64,000 bases of DNA from an uncultured Nitrososphaerales archaeon (GTDB lineage: Archaea; Thermoproteota; Nitrososphaeria; Nitrososphaerales; Nitrososphaeraceae), in contig CAVPXM010000026.1 of the NCBI GenBank assembly GCA_963709405.1, positions 1-64,000 of the forward strand, in the 5' to 3' direction. Positions within the stretch are counted from its first letter, which is position 1, and each line of letters opens with the position of its first letter. The translations under genes and the position numbers were made by a program. The notes beneath the pieces are model-generated. The model saw nothing but the letters and a program-made list of their open reading frames with translations. It had not been told where the DNA came from and made no database searches. Below, piece after piece: positions 1-12,332 of the stretch.

Positions 1-1454
1 CGTTATTTCCTGAAGAGGAGCAGAGAAATAGAAAATCGGCTAAAAAATCAACACTAGTCAAAGGAATAGAAAAAACAGAAAAGACATCATAAATCGATAA
101 ATTCTAATCTTTACAAAGTGTTCTGCTCGAGGACAAAAGAACAAGACATGACTAACTAAACGAAATTTGATCGAACACTATATAAAAACTTGGAAAAATG
201 ATCTTCGTATCTTTTGTACCTATCCAGATATCGTATACTTGCGAGTAGATCAGAAGGCTTGCAGAAATTATCGGTTAAATGTTATCAAAGAATCCACAAA
301 CAAATTACAATGAATTAGGATGGCATCAATGAAATCTTCTTCGATCATAATCAGAAGGCAAAATGAAGAAACATTACATCTGTTTTTTCTACTCAGATTT
401 CGTAAGCCTCTGTGTCTGTGCTCATAGGGCGGGATCAGCTAAGGAGGTATCTCCTCCAGATTTTGCTTTATTGGATACTCCTGAAATTGTTAGAAATATT
501 TGGGATCCTTGGAATGATATGTTGGAAAATATTTTGTAGCCAATTATCGATAGATCCCGCATACTGTTTGCCAGTCGTCTCTCGGACTATTATTTCACAT
601 CTACGTTCTTTAGATTATGTTTAATTTATCTGCACATTTTTTATGATAGTATTTTTTGTGAGCATCGTCCTGAACTAATAATCATATCGCTCCTATCAAA
701 TTTCATCTTTCAATGACGACATAGACCATTCTGTTTAAGAATAATATATCTTTCAACATCCATATATTTTAAGAGGCTAGTCATAACTAAGCAAACAATA
801 CTAGAGTTTGTCTTATTTAAGGTGTTTCATTCGAGAATATTTAACTTCAGAAATACTTCGCAGCCATATCCAATACATTATTCGCATAATCAAGATATCC
901 TATGCATTGGTTTGCTTAAAGATACATTCCCAATAGGAGTTTGTATATTTGTCTTATTTGCATTTCTTATCTATCTATTATTTAGTATTGGATGAATTAA
1001 TCGATCATCTAATATGCATTCACCCCTAGTGACTTGACTACTCTGATATAGCCGGTGTCTGAACACCAGACTCAAAGTAGGCATTGCAAATAAGTGGGCC
1101 CCAAGATCAGAATTGCTGGAAAAATGAATCCATCGGCTAGCAGAGCCCACTGTTCTATGAATGGATCGCGTCAAATGCATAGAATTAGTAAAACACCCGT
1201 ATCGGTAACTCATTTGAGGTAGGCTGGTGTTGGCAGTTATGTTTGAACATAATTAAATTCAGCATTTCGTTCATGGATTGAAGCCAATCCAGTTATGATG
1301 AGACTAATTATTGAGGTAGGCGCACCTGTGACGCGAACCTTTCGCTCCTTGCTATTAAAGTAGCCACATCTAGAAGACAATTTTCGAATTATGGAGGTGA
1401 ATTATGTAATGAAAGTCATTTAACTTCTGGCAGACAGAATAAGAATAGTAATAT

Positions 1455-1880
1455 ATTATTTGTTTACATCCGCCATTGAAAGCTTTGCTTCTAAAGAATT
1501 CATGTCGGCTATCTCAGTTATATTGTCCAAGAGATCTATGTTTTCAAATGGTTTCCGAACATAATATCTCCCTCCAAGGGCAGGAAATAATTCATTCTTC
1601 AACGCACTATAGTCATGCAATTCACCCAATACAGCTAGAAAACATATTCTAACTTAGCTGTCTACCATTCTTAGTTGTTTATAAAATTCAAAACCATTTA
1701 TTCCTGGGCGGACTTGATATCTAAATATAACTAAATCACAAGCATTAGATCTGAAACTTTTCAATGCTCGTAGAGGCGAATTACATGTCTCAATTTCAAA
1801 GTCACTTTTTTCTAAAATGGGACTGAGCTCGAAAATAAAATCTTCCTTATCATCTACTATGAAGATTAGTCGTGTTTATC
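1455..1880 (-). pseudogene. Response regulator receiver domain, degraded
   Basis: Manual minus-strand translation gives ..IVDDKEDF..DLVIF..PGINGFEFYKQLR..ICFLA..YVRKPFEN, with an internal stop. It lies directly downstream of the histidine kinase. Confidence 0.7.
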
Positions 1881-1898
1881 CTTTCTTATTTTCTGTCA

Positions 1899-3645
1899 CT
1901 AATTCTTTTTCTCTTTTCCTACTCTTCTTGTTATATGTCTAACCTCTTGTTCATTTTGTTGCCGTCCATAGTCAAGCTGTTTATCAGTTGAGAGTGGCAA
2001 CGTGAAGTAAAAAGTTGCCCCTTTGCCATTTTCATTATTTTCAGCCCATATTTTACCCCCATGAGCTTCAATAATATTTTTACAGATATACAATCCTAAG
2101 CCAGTTCCCGAATATGAACTGCTCACAAATTTAGAAAACATATTCGGGAATATCACTGGATCAATACCCTCTCCAGAATCCTTTACACTTACGACTATGG
2201 ATTGATTTCCTTCTTCAAGGTCGTATTTATCTACAAGTATGGATATGAATGATTCTCTTTCTTTTTCAGAAAATTTTAGAGCATTACTAATTAAATTCGA
2301 TAATACCTGCGCTATTCTGTTTTTATCAACTTCTACTATTATGTCATCATCCCTCAGTCTTAGTTCGTATGATATTTTTACCTGACCTATTTGTTGTTTT
2401 ATCTCACTTTTTATATTCTTCTGTTGTATCTTACTGGTATATTCTTTTAGAACATCTGCTATTACAAGGTTAAAATTTATCTCTTCTTTGTTTAGCTTTA
2501 ATGAACTACTTTCAATCTTTGTTACATCCAATACGTTATCTGTAAGTCGTTTTAACCTTCTTGCATTCCTTATAACAACGTCCAAATAATCAAGTTGTTT
2601 AGGATCTGTTGTCTCAGAACGTATAATTTCAGTCAGTCCCAGTATTGGCTGTATCGGTGTTCGTAATTCATGAGCTGCCACGTTAATGAATTCATCTTTC
2701 ATTTTTTCAGACTCTTTTAGTTTCTGGTATTGCGTTTGGATCACCGCATTTCTGTCTCTCAATATTGCATTATATTGAATGCTTGATAATGCTAGGGCTA
2801 TTATGTTGACAAAATATGCTGCATCCTTGAGAATATGCGCTACATTATGCGCTGTATCAAATGATGCGACTGAAAATGCCATTATTGTTTGACCAAAAAT
2901 ATCAATTAGTATGGCCAAAACTATTCCCTTATAGAAAACGTCAGTTTTCTTATAAAGTCCCCTTTTATAAAAGTAAACTAAAGCAATCAAGAATAGCACA
3001 AGGGATGGAATTTCATATGGCCTATGTATAGGAGAGTTATCCAATACTGAACCAGGAAATACAATGTAAAAAGAGCTGACGGCTAATACGGCGGACGCAA
3101 TAGCGAGTACTATCAAAGAAATTACAAGCAGTTTTGGAAGCTTTTTTGCTTTCTTTTTTCCCTCCTGTTGTCAGCTGTCCTGAGGTAGCTGGGGCAGAAG
3201 AATCTGGACTAGATAAGATCGGATAACCTACAATTGCTATAGCCAACATAGCACTGAGAAATATTCGTCCAGCAAACCATGTTTGAGGTATAAAATATTT
3301 TAGAAAAATAGGCTGATCCATAAAATTAAAAGATATTATCACATGAAGAACGTCGATAGCAGCGTTGACTAGAAAACCTAGGCCAATAAAGAGACTGAAT
3401 CTATCATTTAATGTACGCGCCCTAGACATATAATAAAACGCCAATATTGCGGCAAATATTACTGCATTCAATTCAATATAGAAATGATGGATTTCCGATG
3501 CCATCCAGGTATTAGGGTTTAGAGATAGTAGAGTAATAATACAGAGAGGGATACAAGGCACAAGAGTATATTTTATTAGAGTTTCATACTTAGGAACGAA
3601 GAATGAGGAATCGTGAGATAATATCCGATCTAAATGTATTGTCAC
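1899..3645 (-). CDS. Membrane sensor histidine kinase (MASE3-like N-terminus plus HisKA/HATPase), split by one frameshift near 3100
   Basis: ORFs 3037-3645 and 1899-3116. H-box AAHELRTP, N-box NLISNALKF, DSGEG and GTGLGL boxes, several TM helices. Confidence 0.9.
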
Positions 3646-4178
3646 AATTTATTTCACAAGGGTGTCTTATCTAACGTACTCTGTATCTATTGAACTTTCC
3701 TGTTATTTTTTATAATGCGGTTAGGACTTGTCACATAATTTTTATTCCTTCAACCAAATATGTTCTATTATATCTCAAATACAATCTTAACCTCAATACT
3801 CACGGGACAGAGAAAAGCATAGGGATTATCATTAGTAAAAATACTATATTATGTGATCCGAATTATTTGATGATGTTACTATTAGGTTTAAGACTAGATA
3901 AGTGTGAATTCGATTGAATCGAGAATGTAAAGCGAGTAAACGACGTATCTTTTCTACAGGGATTGTGCAAAAGCATAGTTTAGATGGAATGACTGAAGCC
4001 AGTATTGGTGGTTTTGATAATAATGGGAGAAGGATTAAGGAATTCGCGGATCAATTTAAAATAATGCTTTTTGATTTGCTAAGTCTTGTGCCGTTAAGAA
4101 CCTTAAAGATATATCACCTATCCATGGCATGGCATGAACAGTGATAGAAACATGAAGAGCTACGATATGGCATCTATT

Positions 4179-4850
4179 TTAAGTAATTTTCACTGCAATC
4201 GCTTTCAAAAACGATATAGCGTTATTCTCTGCACCGATCATTAGCATATAATGTCCAGGTATCAAATCCTTCGAAGGGGTAAAAATAAAGATGATTATTT
4301 CTTTCTTCTTTTTATGACCATCAATTGTGAACGAATTCTTGCTAAAATGTCCCAGAGAATTGTCAAGATTTCCAGTTGTAGTGAAAGTTCCTGATACAAC
4401 CATATGGATAAAATTGTCGTTTGTAGAATGAAATGCAGACGTTCCTGCTGCCTTTAACCTTAATCTTAATTTTTTCACTCTCACCCCTTTTTATCGTTAG
4501 CTCTTTCTTTTCTAGATTAGACTGAATATTTACTGAAAATGGCAGGTGTCTGTCAATCGCATCTACCTTACCGATCTTATTTTCTGACCACTCTGTAAAC
4601 CAAATCTGTTGGGCATTGCCGCTATTATCATCACGTTTCTCTATAGAAAACTGCAATATGTTGGCAATACCACATGTTTGCTTAATATTGTTACTAACGC
4701 TAGAGTTTATTATTTTATTGAATGAAGGACATGTGCCCCATAACCTGTTTTGTGAAGGAATCCAATACTCTATTAGGGTCCTTTGTGAAGGATCAAATCT
4801 GGCTATCTTATTTCCTTCCCATTCATTGAACCAAAAAGACCGACCCGCAT
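4179..4850 (-). pseudogene. C-terminal fragment of a Vgb (virginiamycin B lyase)-like beta-propeller protein
   Basis: FWFNEWEGNKIARFDP and IWFTEWSENKIGKVD blade motifs. Frameshifted, 5' end missing. Confidence 0.65.
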
Positions 4851-4884
4851 TTTTGCATAGATAGATAACGGCATTGAAGTAAAT

Positions 4885-5505
4885 GTGTCAGCCCAGACTC
4901 AATCAAAAGCTGACTATAAGAGTTTACTGGATAACTCCAGTGATATACAGAGAGTTACATATTCAAGTAATGGAAAAACACTTAACACGACTCTCTGGCT
5001 AGGCGGCGTAGTAAAGGAAACACCTTCTGTCTATGGAGCAAGTACTGTAGCATATGGATTGTTAGTCGATGCAGACAATAATCCTACTACTGGAAAATTT
5101 GGTGTTGATTACCAAAAGGAAATTCAATGGAATAACAAAACTAAAAATTGGAATAACTTGCTTGTTGAGTATTCATCTCCAGAACATTTTAGAACTATAG
5201 AATTGAGAATAAACGATACACGCTTCTCTGATAACCAAAATTATATTCCTCTATCACTTGATCTGAATTCGATAACTTCTCCAAGTAAATATAGAGTGAT
5301 GTACTATGCGACAGTAATTTATAACAATAATTCTAAGATAGTTTTAGATCTTACTAACTGGGTTGATATTCCTCCGCCAGAATTTACTATCTCTACTCTA
5401 CCAGAGCCTGTAGTATTGAGACAGGGCGAACAAAAGGATATTGGTGTTCAATTGAAATCCAGTGCTGGTGTTACAACAACGGCAGTCGGCAATGAATCAT
5501 CATAA
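4885..5505 (+). CDS. Hypothetical extracellular beta-rich protein, probably truncated
   Basis: 206-aa ORF with a DADNNPTTG motif and no clear start or end context. Confidence 0.5.
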   Translation: MSAQTQSKADYKSLLDNSSDIQRVTYSSNGKTLNTTLWLGGVVKETPSVYGASTVAYGLLVDADNNPTTGKFGVDYQKEIQWNNKTKNWNNLLVEYSSPEHFRTIELRINDTRFSDNQNYIPLSLDLNSITSPSKYRVMYYATVIYNNNSKIVLDLTNWVDIPPPEFTISTLPEPVVLRQGEQKDIGVQLKSSAGVTTTAVGNESS

Positions 5506-5923
5506 CTATAGAAGTTTTTCCTAAACTCTTTTATGTAGGATTGATCTCTCGTCATTAATGTACTGTCATCCTATAGAGATATTCCTGATACAAGTACATC
5601 TGACAAAACATAGAATAGCACATTATTAAAGTTACCAAGTTAAGTATCAAATTTTTTATCTACAAATGTTGTCCTAATCACGAAGAGATGAGAGATGTTT
5701 TATAGACCTAAATTATGATACTTAACTTACTGCAAAATAAGCAGATGATTTATTCGTATGTTTATTACAATATTAATATATAGTATTTTCTAAGGCGGCT
5801 AATGTAGAACACATCGATTTCGAAGAACTTTTACATGTCTATCTACAAAGTATTTTCTCTTATCGTATATAATATATAATTATTCGTAAATGTGTAAAAC
5901 CCATATTCAAATTTTGAATAATA

Positions 5924-7170
5924 ATGACGATAAGTGCTGGTGACACTTCGTGGGTGCTCATTTCCACTGGGCTGGTACTGTTAATGATACCTGCTTTAGG
6001 TTTTTTTGAGGCGGGCTTAATCAGAAGTAAAAACGCTCTTTCTACACTTATGCAGACGTTTTCTGGCCTCATAATCCTTTCAATTCTTTGGTTTATCATC
6101 GGATTTACGTTGGTATATGCCCCATCTCCTTGGGGGATAATCGGCGGGCTGAATTGGACATTTTTCAATGGTGTTCCCATTAATACGTCGCTTAATTATG
6201 CACCAACAATTCCTGGAGTCACGTTTGCGACATATCAAATGATGTTTGCCGTCATAACTCCTCTACTTATCACTGGTGCCTTTGCTGAAAGGTTGAAGTG
6301 GGAGGCTTTTTTTGTGTTTATTATTGCATGGAGTATTTTCATCTACTATCCGCTAGCACACTGGGTGTGGGGAAAAGGTTGGCTTGCGCAGCTTGGTGTT
6401 TTTGATTTTGCAGGTGGGATTGTTATTCATACAAGCGCAGGTATGGGTTCGTTAGGAGCAGACTCTTTGTACTAGGGAGAAGGAAAAATTTTGGCCCAGA
6501 CATAATGGTACCCCATAACATTCCTCTTGCCGTCATTGGTGCTTCCATATTATGGTTCGGCTGGTTTGGATTCAATGCAGGTAGTGCCCTTACATCTGGG
6601 GCATTGGCCGGCAATGCATTGTTAGCATCTCAAATTGCATCTGCAACATCTGGGATGGTTTGGATAGTGCTTTCGTGGAAAAAGTCCAAGAAGCCATCTG
6701 TCACAGGGGTTATAACCGGAGCAATAGCTGGCTTAGCTGGAGTAACACCAGCTGCCGGATACATTAGCGCCCAAAATTCATTCTTTCTTGGAATTATATT
6801 GGGTTTTGCATCATATTATGGAATTTTACTTCTAAAGCAACGACTGAAAATAGATGATGCTCTAGATGTAAGCTCAATTCATGGAATCACTGGTATTATA
6901 GGCTCCCTTGCCATTGGCTTTGTTGCAAGTAGCATAATCAATCCTGCAGGACCAAATGGGCTATTATTTGGGAATGTAGCACAGATTGGGATTCAAGCAC
7001 TTGGCGTCATAGTGGCAGCCACTCTTGGTTTTGGAGGAACAATAATTATTATGAAGATAATTAATGCAGTTATTGGCCTAAGAGTTAAAGAAGAAGAAGA
7101 AGAAATTGGTCTAGATACTACCGAGCATGGCGAACGAGAGTACGGTGACGAATGGGGAGTAAGCGTATAA
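5924..7170 (+). CDS. amt: Ammonium transporter (Amt), frameshift near 6470
   Basis: DTSWVLISTGLVLLM, QMMFAVITP, DFAGGIVIH, PHNIP..LWFGWFGFNAGS, DDALDV..HG motifs. Confidence 0.95.
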
Positions 7171-7517
7171 TGAAAAAAATCGTTGCCATGATAAGGACTG
7201 AGCGAGTACAAATCCTAAAGGAACATCTTAGCGAGATAGGGATTACTGCCATGACAATAGCCGATATTACCGCATGGGCTGGGCATGGAAAAATTAAGTT
7301 GCAGCGAAGGGGAATTCCGGTATCGTATGACCTAATTCATAGGGCCAAGGTTGAGATCTTTATTCCAGACGATTTGCTCGATCTAGTAGTGAACACTATA
7401 ACAGAAACTACTCGGACTGGTAAACCAGGAGATGGTATAGTAATCGTATCAAACGTAGAACAAATAATTAATATCTACACTCTACAAAGAGGAGAAAATG
7501 CCTTGGGTGAATCTTGA
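7170..7517 (+). CDS. glnB: Nitrogen regulatory protein P-II
   Basis: MKKIVAMIR start overlaps the amt stop (TAATG). Contains RTGKPGDG and KVEIFI. Confidence 0.9.
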   Translation: MKKIVAMIRTERVQILKEHLSEIGITAMTIADITAWAGHGKIKLQRRGIPVSYDLIHRAKVEIFIPDDLLDLVVNTITETTRTGKPGDGIVIVSNVEQIINIYTLQRGENALGES

Positions 7518-8326
7518 TCCTATAATGCTCGAAGATCATTGAAATTGAATAGCAAGAAGATAAGATAAGATAGAGGAGATTAGAGAAGGTATCTCAGCAA
7601 GCAAAAGTATCACATTATATATTTAGTTGATAAAAACAAAGTCATATTGCATGGCAATCCACAATCATAAAGCCAACTAACTAACTGGTCGGGTCAATAG
7701 GCTGTAAAAAAGCGTCGGATGTTGAGATTGAGATGTTATCGATAGAATCTTATAAATCCCGTTTCAATATCATTATTGATGAACGCGGACACAGACTCAA
7801 TTCCAAGTGAAATCAAAACTTGGTTAGCAATAATCGCGTCCACACTTACAGCCGGAAGCACCGCAGCCGGTTTTTTAGAAAACCGAAATTAAAGATTCAA
7901 CATAATGAAGCTAATCTTCCGGCAATTTATTCACCGCAGAGAACATATACTAATACCCAAATTTCCAGAACTTATCTAAGAATCCATGTAAGAAATTCTG
8001 GTGGAGAAACTGCCACAAACTGCGAGGCAAGATTGATAACAATACCCACAGTAGACCAACCATATCCAGCAATACAAGAAGTGATACTTGGCTGGGAAGG
8101 GTCTGTTGACGGGGTTAATGAAAATATAGAGCCGAGAAAAGACATTAACCCGAAATCTAGAGAGTTAGTTCACGTTGTATTTTCTGACTCCAGTTTTCCA
8201 GCAATACCGGTAGTTCCGCCACCGCCGAAACATGCTGTCATCTCATCCGTAGCAGCGCTCACAGCAGAAACACCAAGGATTGTTGAAAATGGATATTCGC
8301 CAGCTGATTATGATATAAAAATAACT

Positions 8327-9344
8327 GCTTTGTTGCACAAATCATTATCATATTGGTATGAGTTTGTTGACCAATTGAGATTTAGCTAACATGTAATGAG
8401 ATTATTGTTGGACATGATTAACTGGTCTTTTTATAACAAATCGCTAGTTAGGCGAGGTGAAGTTATTCTAGATTTTGATGTCATAGATAGTTGGTATAGT
8501 GAGTTGGACGGAATGAATGATGGAAAGAGGGGTGGACAGTACCACTATCCAGATTCGTTTATCCAATTACTAGGTTACATGAGGGTATATTTTCATCTGC
8601 CATACCGGCAAGCAGAAGGCGTAGTCATAGCTCATGCTGGTAATAAGAAGATACCATCTATTCCAAATTACAGTACAATTAACAGACGTGTTAATAACCA
8701 GGATATCAGAATCAGCGAACGACATGAGGTAGGTAATGATGATGACATCATTATAGCATTGGACAGTACAGGAATCAAAGTTGCTAATAGAGGTGAATGG
8801 ATACGACATAAATGGCACGTAAGAAGAGGTTATCTGAAAATACATGTAGCAGTAAACATCAAGAATAAGAAGATTATTTCTTTGGAGGTTACTAGCGAAG
8901 AAGTACACGATGGCAAGATGCTAAAGAAGTTGATTGATAATGCTTCTGCAAATAACAATGTAAAGGGTGCGTTAGCAGATGGTATGTATGACAGTAATAA
9001 GAATTTTAGATATCTATCCAAGAACCATATTAAACCTGGTATGAAGACAAGAAGTAATTCCAAGGTCAAGACAGGCAACTGTCAAGCAAGGAATAGGTCT
9101 GTAATGAGACAACAAACAAATCTCAAAAGATGGAAACATAGCGTGAGCTATGGACAAAGGTGGATGGCAGAAACAGTATTCTCGTCTATTAAAAGAACAT
9201 TTGGCGAATATGTAACTGCAAGAAACTTTCAGAACATGGCCAAGGAATTGACCCTAAAAGCGTCACTGTATAACATGTTTGCTACGATAATGTAGAGAGG
9301 TATAGATAATGTGTGAGGGAATAAAATGATTTATGCAACAGAGC
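8327..9344 (+). mobile_element. IS5-family insertion sequence, complete
   Basis: TIRs gctttgttgcacaaatcatt / aatgatttatgcaacagagc match 18/20. Direct repeat aaaataact at 8318-8326 and 9346-9354. Confidence 0.92.
8396..9295 (+). CDS. tnp: IS5-family DDE transposase
   Basis: WSFYNKSLVRRG, ALDSTGIK, ADGMYD, YGQRWMAETVFSSIK motifs. Confidence 0.95.
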   Translation: MRLLLDMINWSFYNKSLVRRGEVILDFDVIDSWYSELDGMNDGKRGGQYHYPDSFIQLLGYMRVYFHLPYRQAEGVVIAHAGNKKIPSIPNYSTINRRVNNQDIRISERHEVGNDDDIIIALDSTGIKVANRGEWIRHKWHVRRGYLKIHVAVNIKNKKIISLEVTSEEVHDGKMLKKLIDNASANNNVKGALADGMYDSNKNFRYLSKNHIKPGMKTRSNSKVKTGNCQARNRSVMRQQTNLKRWKHSVSYGQRWMAETVFSSIKRTFGEYVTARNFQNMAKELTLKASLYNMFATIM

Positions 9345-9460
9345 TAAAATAACTATAACATCTGGAAATGTAAGTTGTCGAGGGTATTTTAGATTACATG
9401 TCGACGCTCAATGGAATAGATTGAGTATGAGAAAACTAAGTTGGTTTGAGAAGCGCAGAC

Positions 9461-9955
9461 TTAGAGATCTTCAATAGATGCATTCTCAATAATCGTTTTC
9501 CATTTATTATCTCCACCAATCTCAATTCCACAAACCTCAGCCGGAGTCTTTCCTTTCAATGCCTCATGAGGTCTCACATAGTTATGAAACAACTGATAAC
9601 CAGTGAGAATCGGCGTCTCTGATTTCTTTAAGCCTCTCATAACCTTTTCTCTGTCTCTAACTTCACCATTCAATCTTTCCATCTTGTTATTATTATGATC
9701 GCCCTGTAATCGAATATGTCGTATGTGTCTAGTTCGCGGGCTTCTAAGGGTAGAAAACTCTTGTCTGAATGCGTCGTTATAGTTTCTAGCCCAGTCACTT
9801 ATCAGTACAGTTGGATTTTTGCCCGCGATCTCTTTCGCTTTTCTAAACAATGGCTTTACATCCGCGGTGAATTTAGTATCTGCGACTTGCTGCGCAATCC
9901 AGAATCTAGTTTCGTCATCCATTAACGCATACATGTATTTCATATCGCTTGCTTT
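9461..9955 (-). pseudogene. IS6-like DDE transposase, 5'-truncated
   Basis: YMYALMDDETRFWIA, LISD, NNNKMERLNG, HNYVRPHEAL..TPAE. The first part of the called ORF is antisense to another IS remnant. Confidence 0.8.
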
Positions 9956-10203
9956 CAAATGACGATATGAGATACAACAAGAATCACTAAAGATAGTAGA
10001 ACACACCATATGCAAGATCAAGAAGTTTGGAATAATGGGTACTAAGTTCAGAAACAAACTAAGAAGGTACAATAACATATCTGATATTGTATCCGGTATA
10101 CTGAACTTCAGAGTGATGCAGTCTAACAGGATTTCAATATAAGAATACAGTCAAAATAGGCAGACATTAATAGATCATAACTGCTAATTACGCAAGAGAT
10201 CTA
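9956..10203 (+). mobile_element. 3' remnant of an IS5/ISL2-type transposase with a probable right end
   Basis: Translates IVEHTICKIKKFGIMGTKFRNKLRRYNNISDIVSGILNFR..*, followed by ttacgcaagagatcta. Confidence 0.65.
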
Positions 10204-11679
10204 CTATATAGAGGAAGAATACGACTGTCATGATTGCTCACCATTGTTAATAGGAACAAAGACCATACTAATTGATTATTATGTGATAACGAAAGAACCT
10301 ATGTATAATAGAGAAACTGTGCTGGCCAAAGGTCTAGATGGCATAATGTATACATTGATAGTTCAGCCAGAGCGTTAGTTTCTATCCGACGAAAATTTAC
10401 AGTCAGACTAAAACGATGAAAACCGACGAAGACTTGACAGAACCTGACGCTAACTAGGAGAACACGGAGAAAGTTGTGTGAGCGATCATCATTCTTCAAC
10501 AATGTTAATTCTTGTTATCTTAGAATCGTTAAGGTGTGCTGCCTATCGCATTTTCAATCTGGTCTTTACCATCTTCCGCACTATTACATTCAAACGTGCC
10601 TTCTACTCGAAAACTATAACGTTTTAGCATTTGTTTCTATTTCTCTAACAATAACAATAACTTTTCTATCTTTCTAGCCCCTTGTTAAGACATACCTTCG
10701 GTCTCGCAGTCCTAACTGCTCCTCGACGTTTGCCAATACAAATTTCATATATTTGCATGAAATACTTGTTCTCCATCAAGACCTCATTGTAAGTCGTAAG
10801 GCAACTTCTAAAATCTCTAGCTCAGGCTTGGTGACTTGTGAGGTAAAGGTATCGTTATTATGTTGTCGACTCCTGTATAGTGTTTTCTACGGAAACGACA
10901 GGTGCATTCACATTTGCTCGAATGTCCTAGATTAATTTTAACAATTCTCTGTCGGGAAATGGAAGGAATCCTTGGTCATATGCTTTAACGATCAGAGACA
11001 TTTAATTTATTATCACACCATTATCCATCAGCCAGACCACTAATCATGAGAAAACAACTCGCACAAGGATAAACACCATCATCATCATCATCTAACACCA
11101 TCATCGCCACTAAAAACCAAAAATTATTATCAAAGATTGAGTCCTTCATAAAACCACTTTTTATAAAATTTTAATTTCTATAAGCTACTAATGCTTCAAC
11201 AGACCTTCCACTTTCACCAGTAAGATTTCGACATCTTGATATAGGCATGCCTGCTCAGTCAAGACAACTTATCTTAAATAATGATGCATCATTTACTACC
11301 TCTAAATCTTGTCTATCGAACTCCTTATCCCAAACCGTCTTAATGGCCGTTGGTAATACTGCCCTAGGGTCATAAATTCATGACATACATAAATGAAATT
11401 GGAAATCAATAAAAAGGACAAACAGAAGTCTTATGTGGTTAGTCTTTGTAGAAAGCAGGCATTGGATAGATTCCATCAAAGCTTTCTAGAAGCATAATGG
11501 ACCTATATAGTCTATAGCCAAATGGATTGTTTGATGGGTTGTTGGTGTGATAGCGATTGCAATATTGATATTAGTTATACTCGTGCCTACATTGTTGTTA
11601 AATAATCCAATCAGTTTCTAATGATTGGTGGCCTGCATTCTAGTTGTTTAAACTACAAAATCAATATCAGTCAATCAAT

Positions 11680-11892
11680 TCAATTGAAAGGATGTGTCTT
11701 AATCTTATGAATAGCCTTATATCCGAGTGTCTTAACTTTATCGTCAACACTTGATTCAATTATTTCAGTTATCGGTAATATTGCTCTATTTCCATATTGT
11801 GCAAGCGCATTAATTGCTTCTATTTGTTCTGTTGAATTGACCGAATGGATTGCCGTTTCCTTTATTCTCTTAATCTCATCATGTTCAGACAA
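11680..11892 (-). CDS. Small helical (HEAT-repeat-like) hypothetical protein
   Basis: AINALAQYGNRAILPITEII amphipathic helix pattern. Confidence 0.55.
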   Translation of the reverse strand: MSEHDEIKRIKETAIHSVNSTEQIEAINALAQYGNRAILPITEIIESSVDDKVKTLGYKAIHKIKTHPFN

Positions 11893-12332
11893 TTTTTCTA
11901 ACCTCGTCTAGATCCTTTACGATAAGGACGACTATTATACTTACTAATTTTATATATCTTCTTCTAGTCCTATTCCACTCTGATAGGGTTAATTTTTTAA
12001 AAATCACGATCTCGAAATCTGACTTACAAATGGATAGAACTATTCCATCGTATAGACTAGCCTCGGTCGACTAACAGACACAATAAAGAGCAACTTGATA
12101 AGTCTGATAGGAAGGTTTTCGGCCGGCTTGTTCCTACACTGCTAATCCAACAAGAATACTACCAATATTCATGTCTATTATCTTTCATCATTATAAAACA
12201 CTAAGAAAGATGATGGATGAGACAAATACGACACGAAGGACAGAAAGACAAATGAGTAGTCATATTCCGTTAAAACAATTAGACGGAAGACGAGTTACAG
12301 TCCCGAGATATGATCCAATAAAATGGCCTACA

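Larger units (their letters stand above)
7779..9478 (+). pseudogene. Hypothetical protein interrupted by an IS5 element
   Basis: Reads ..YDIKIT up to 8326 and resumes after the target duplication as ITSGNVSCRGYF..RDLQ* ending at 9478. Confidence 0.7.

Noticed and set aside
6440-6510. Programmed frameshift in amt
   Set aside because: No slippery motif, and similar breaks occur in many unrelated genes, so sequencing error is more likely.
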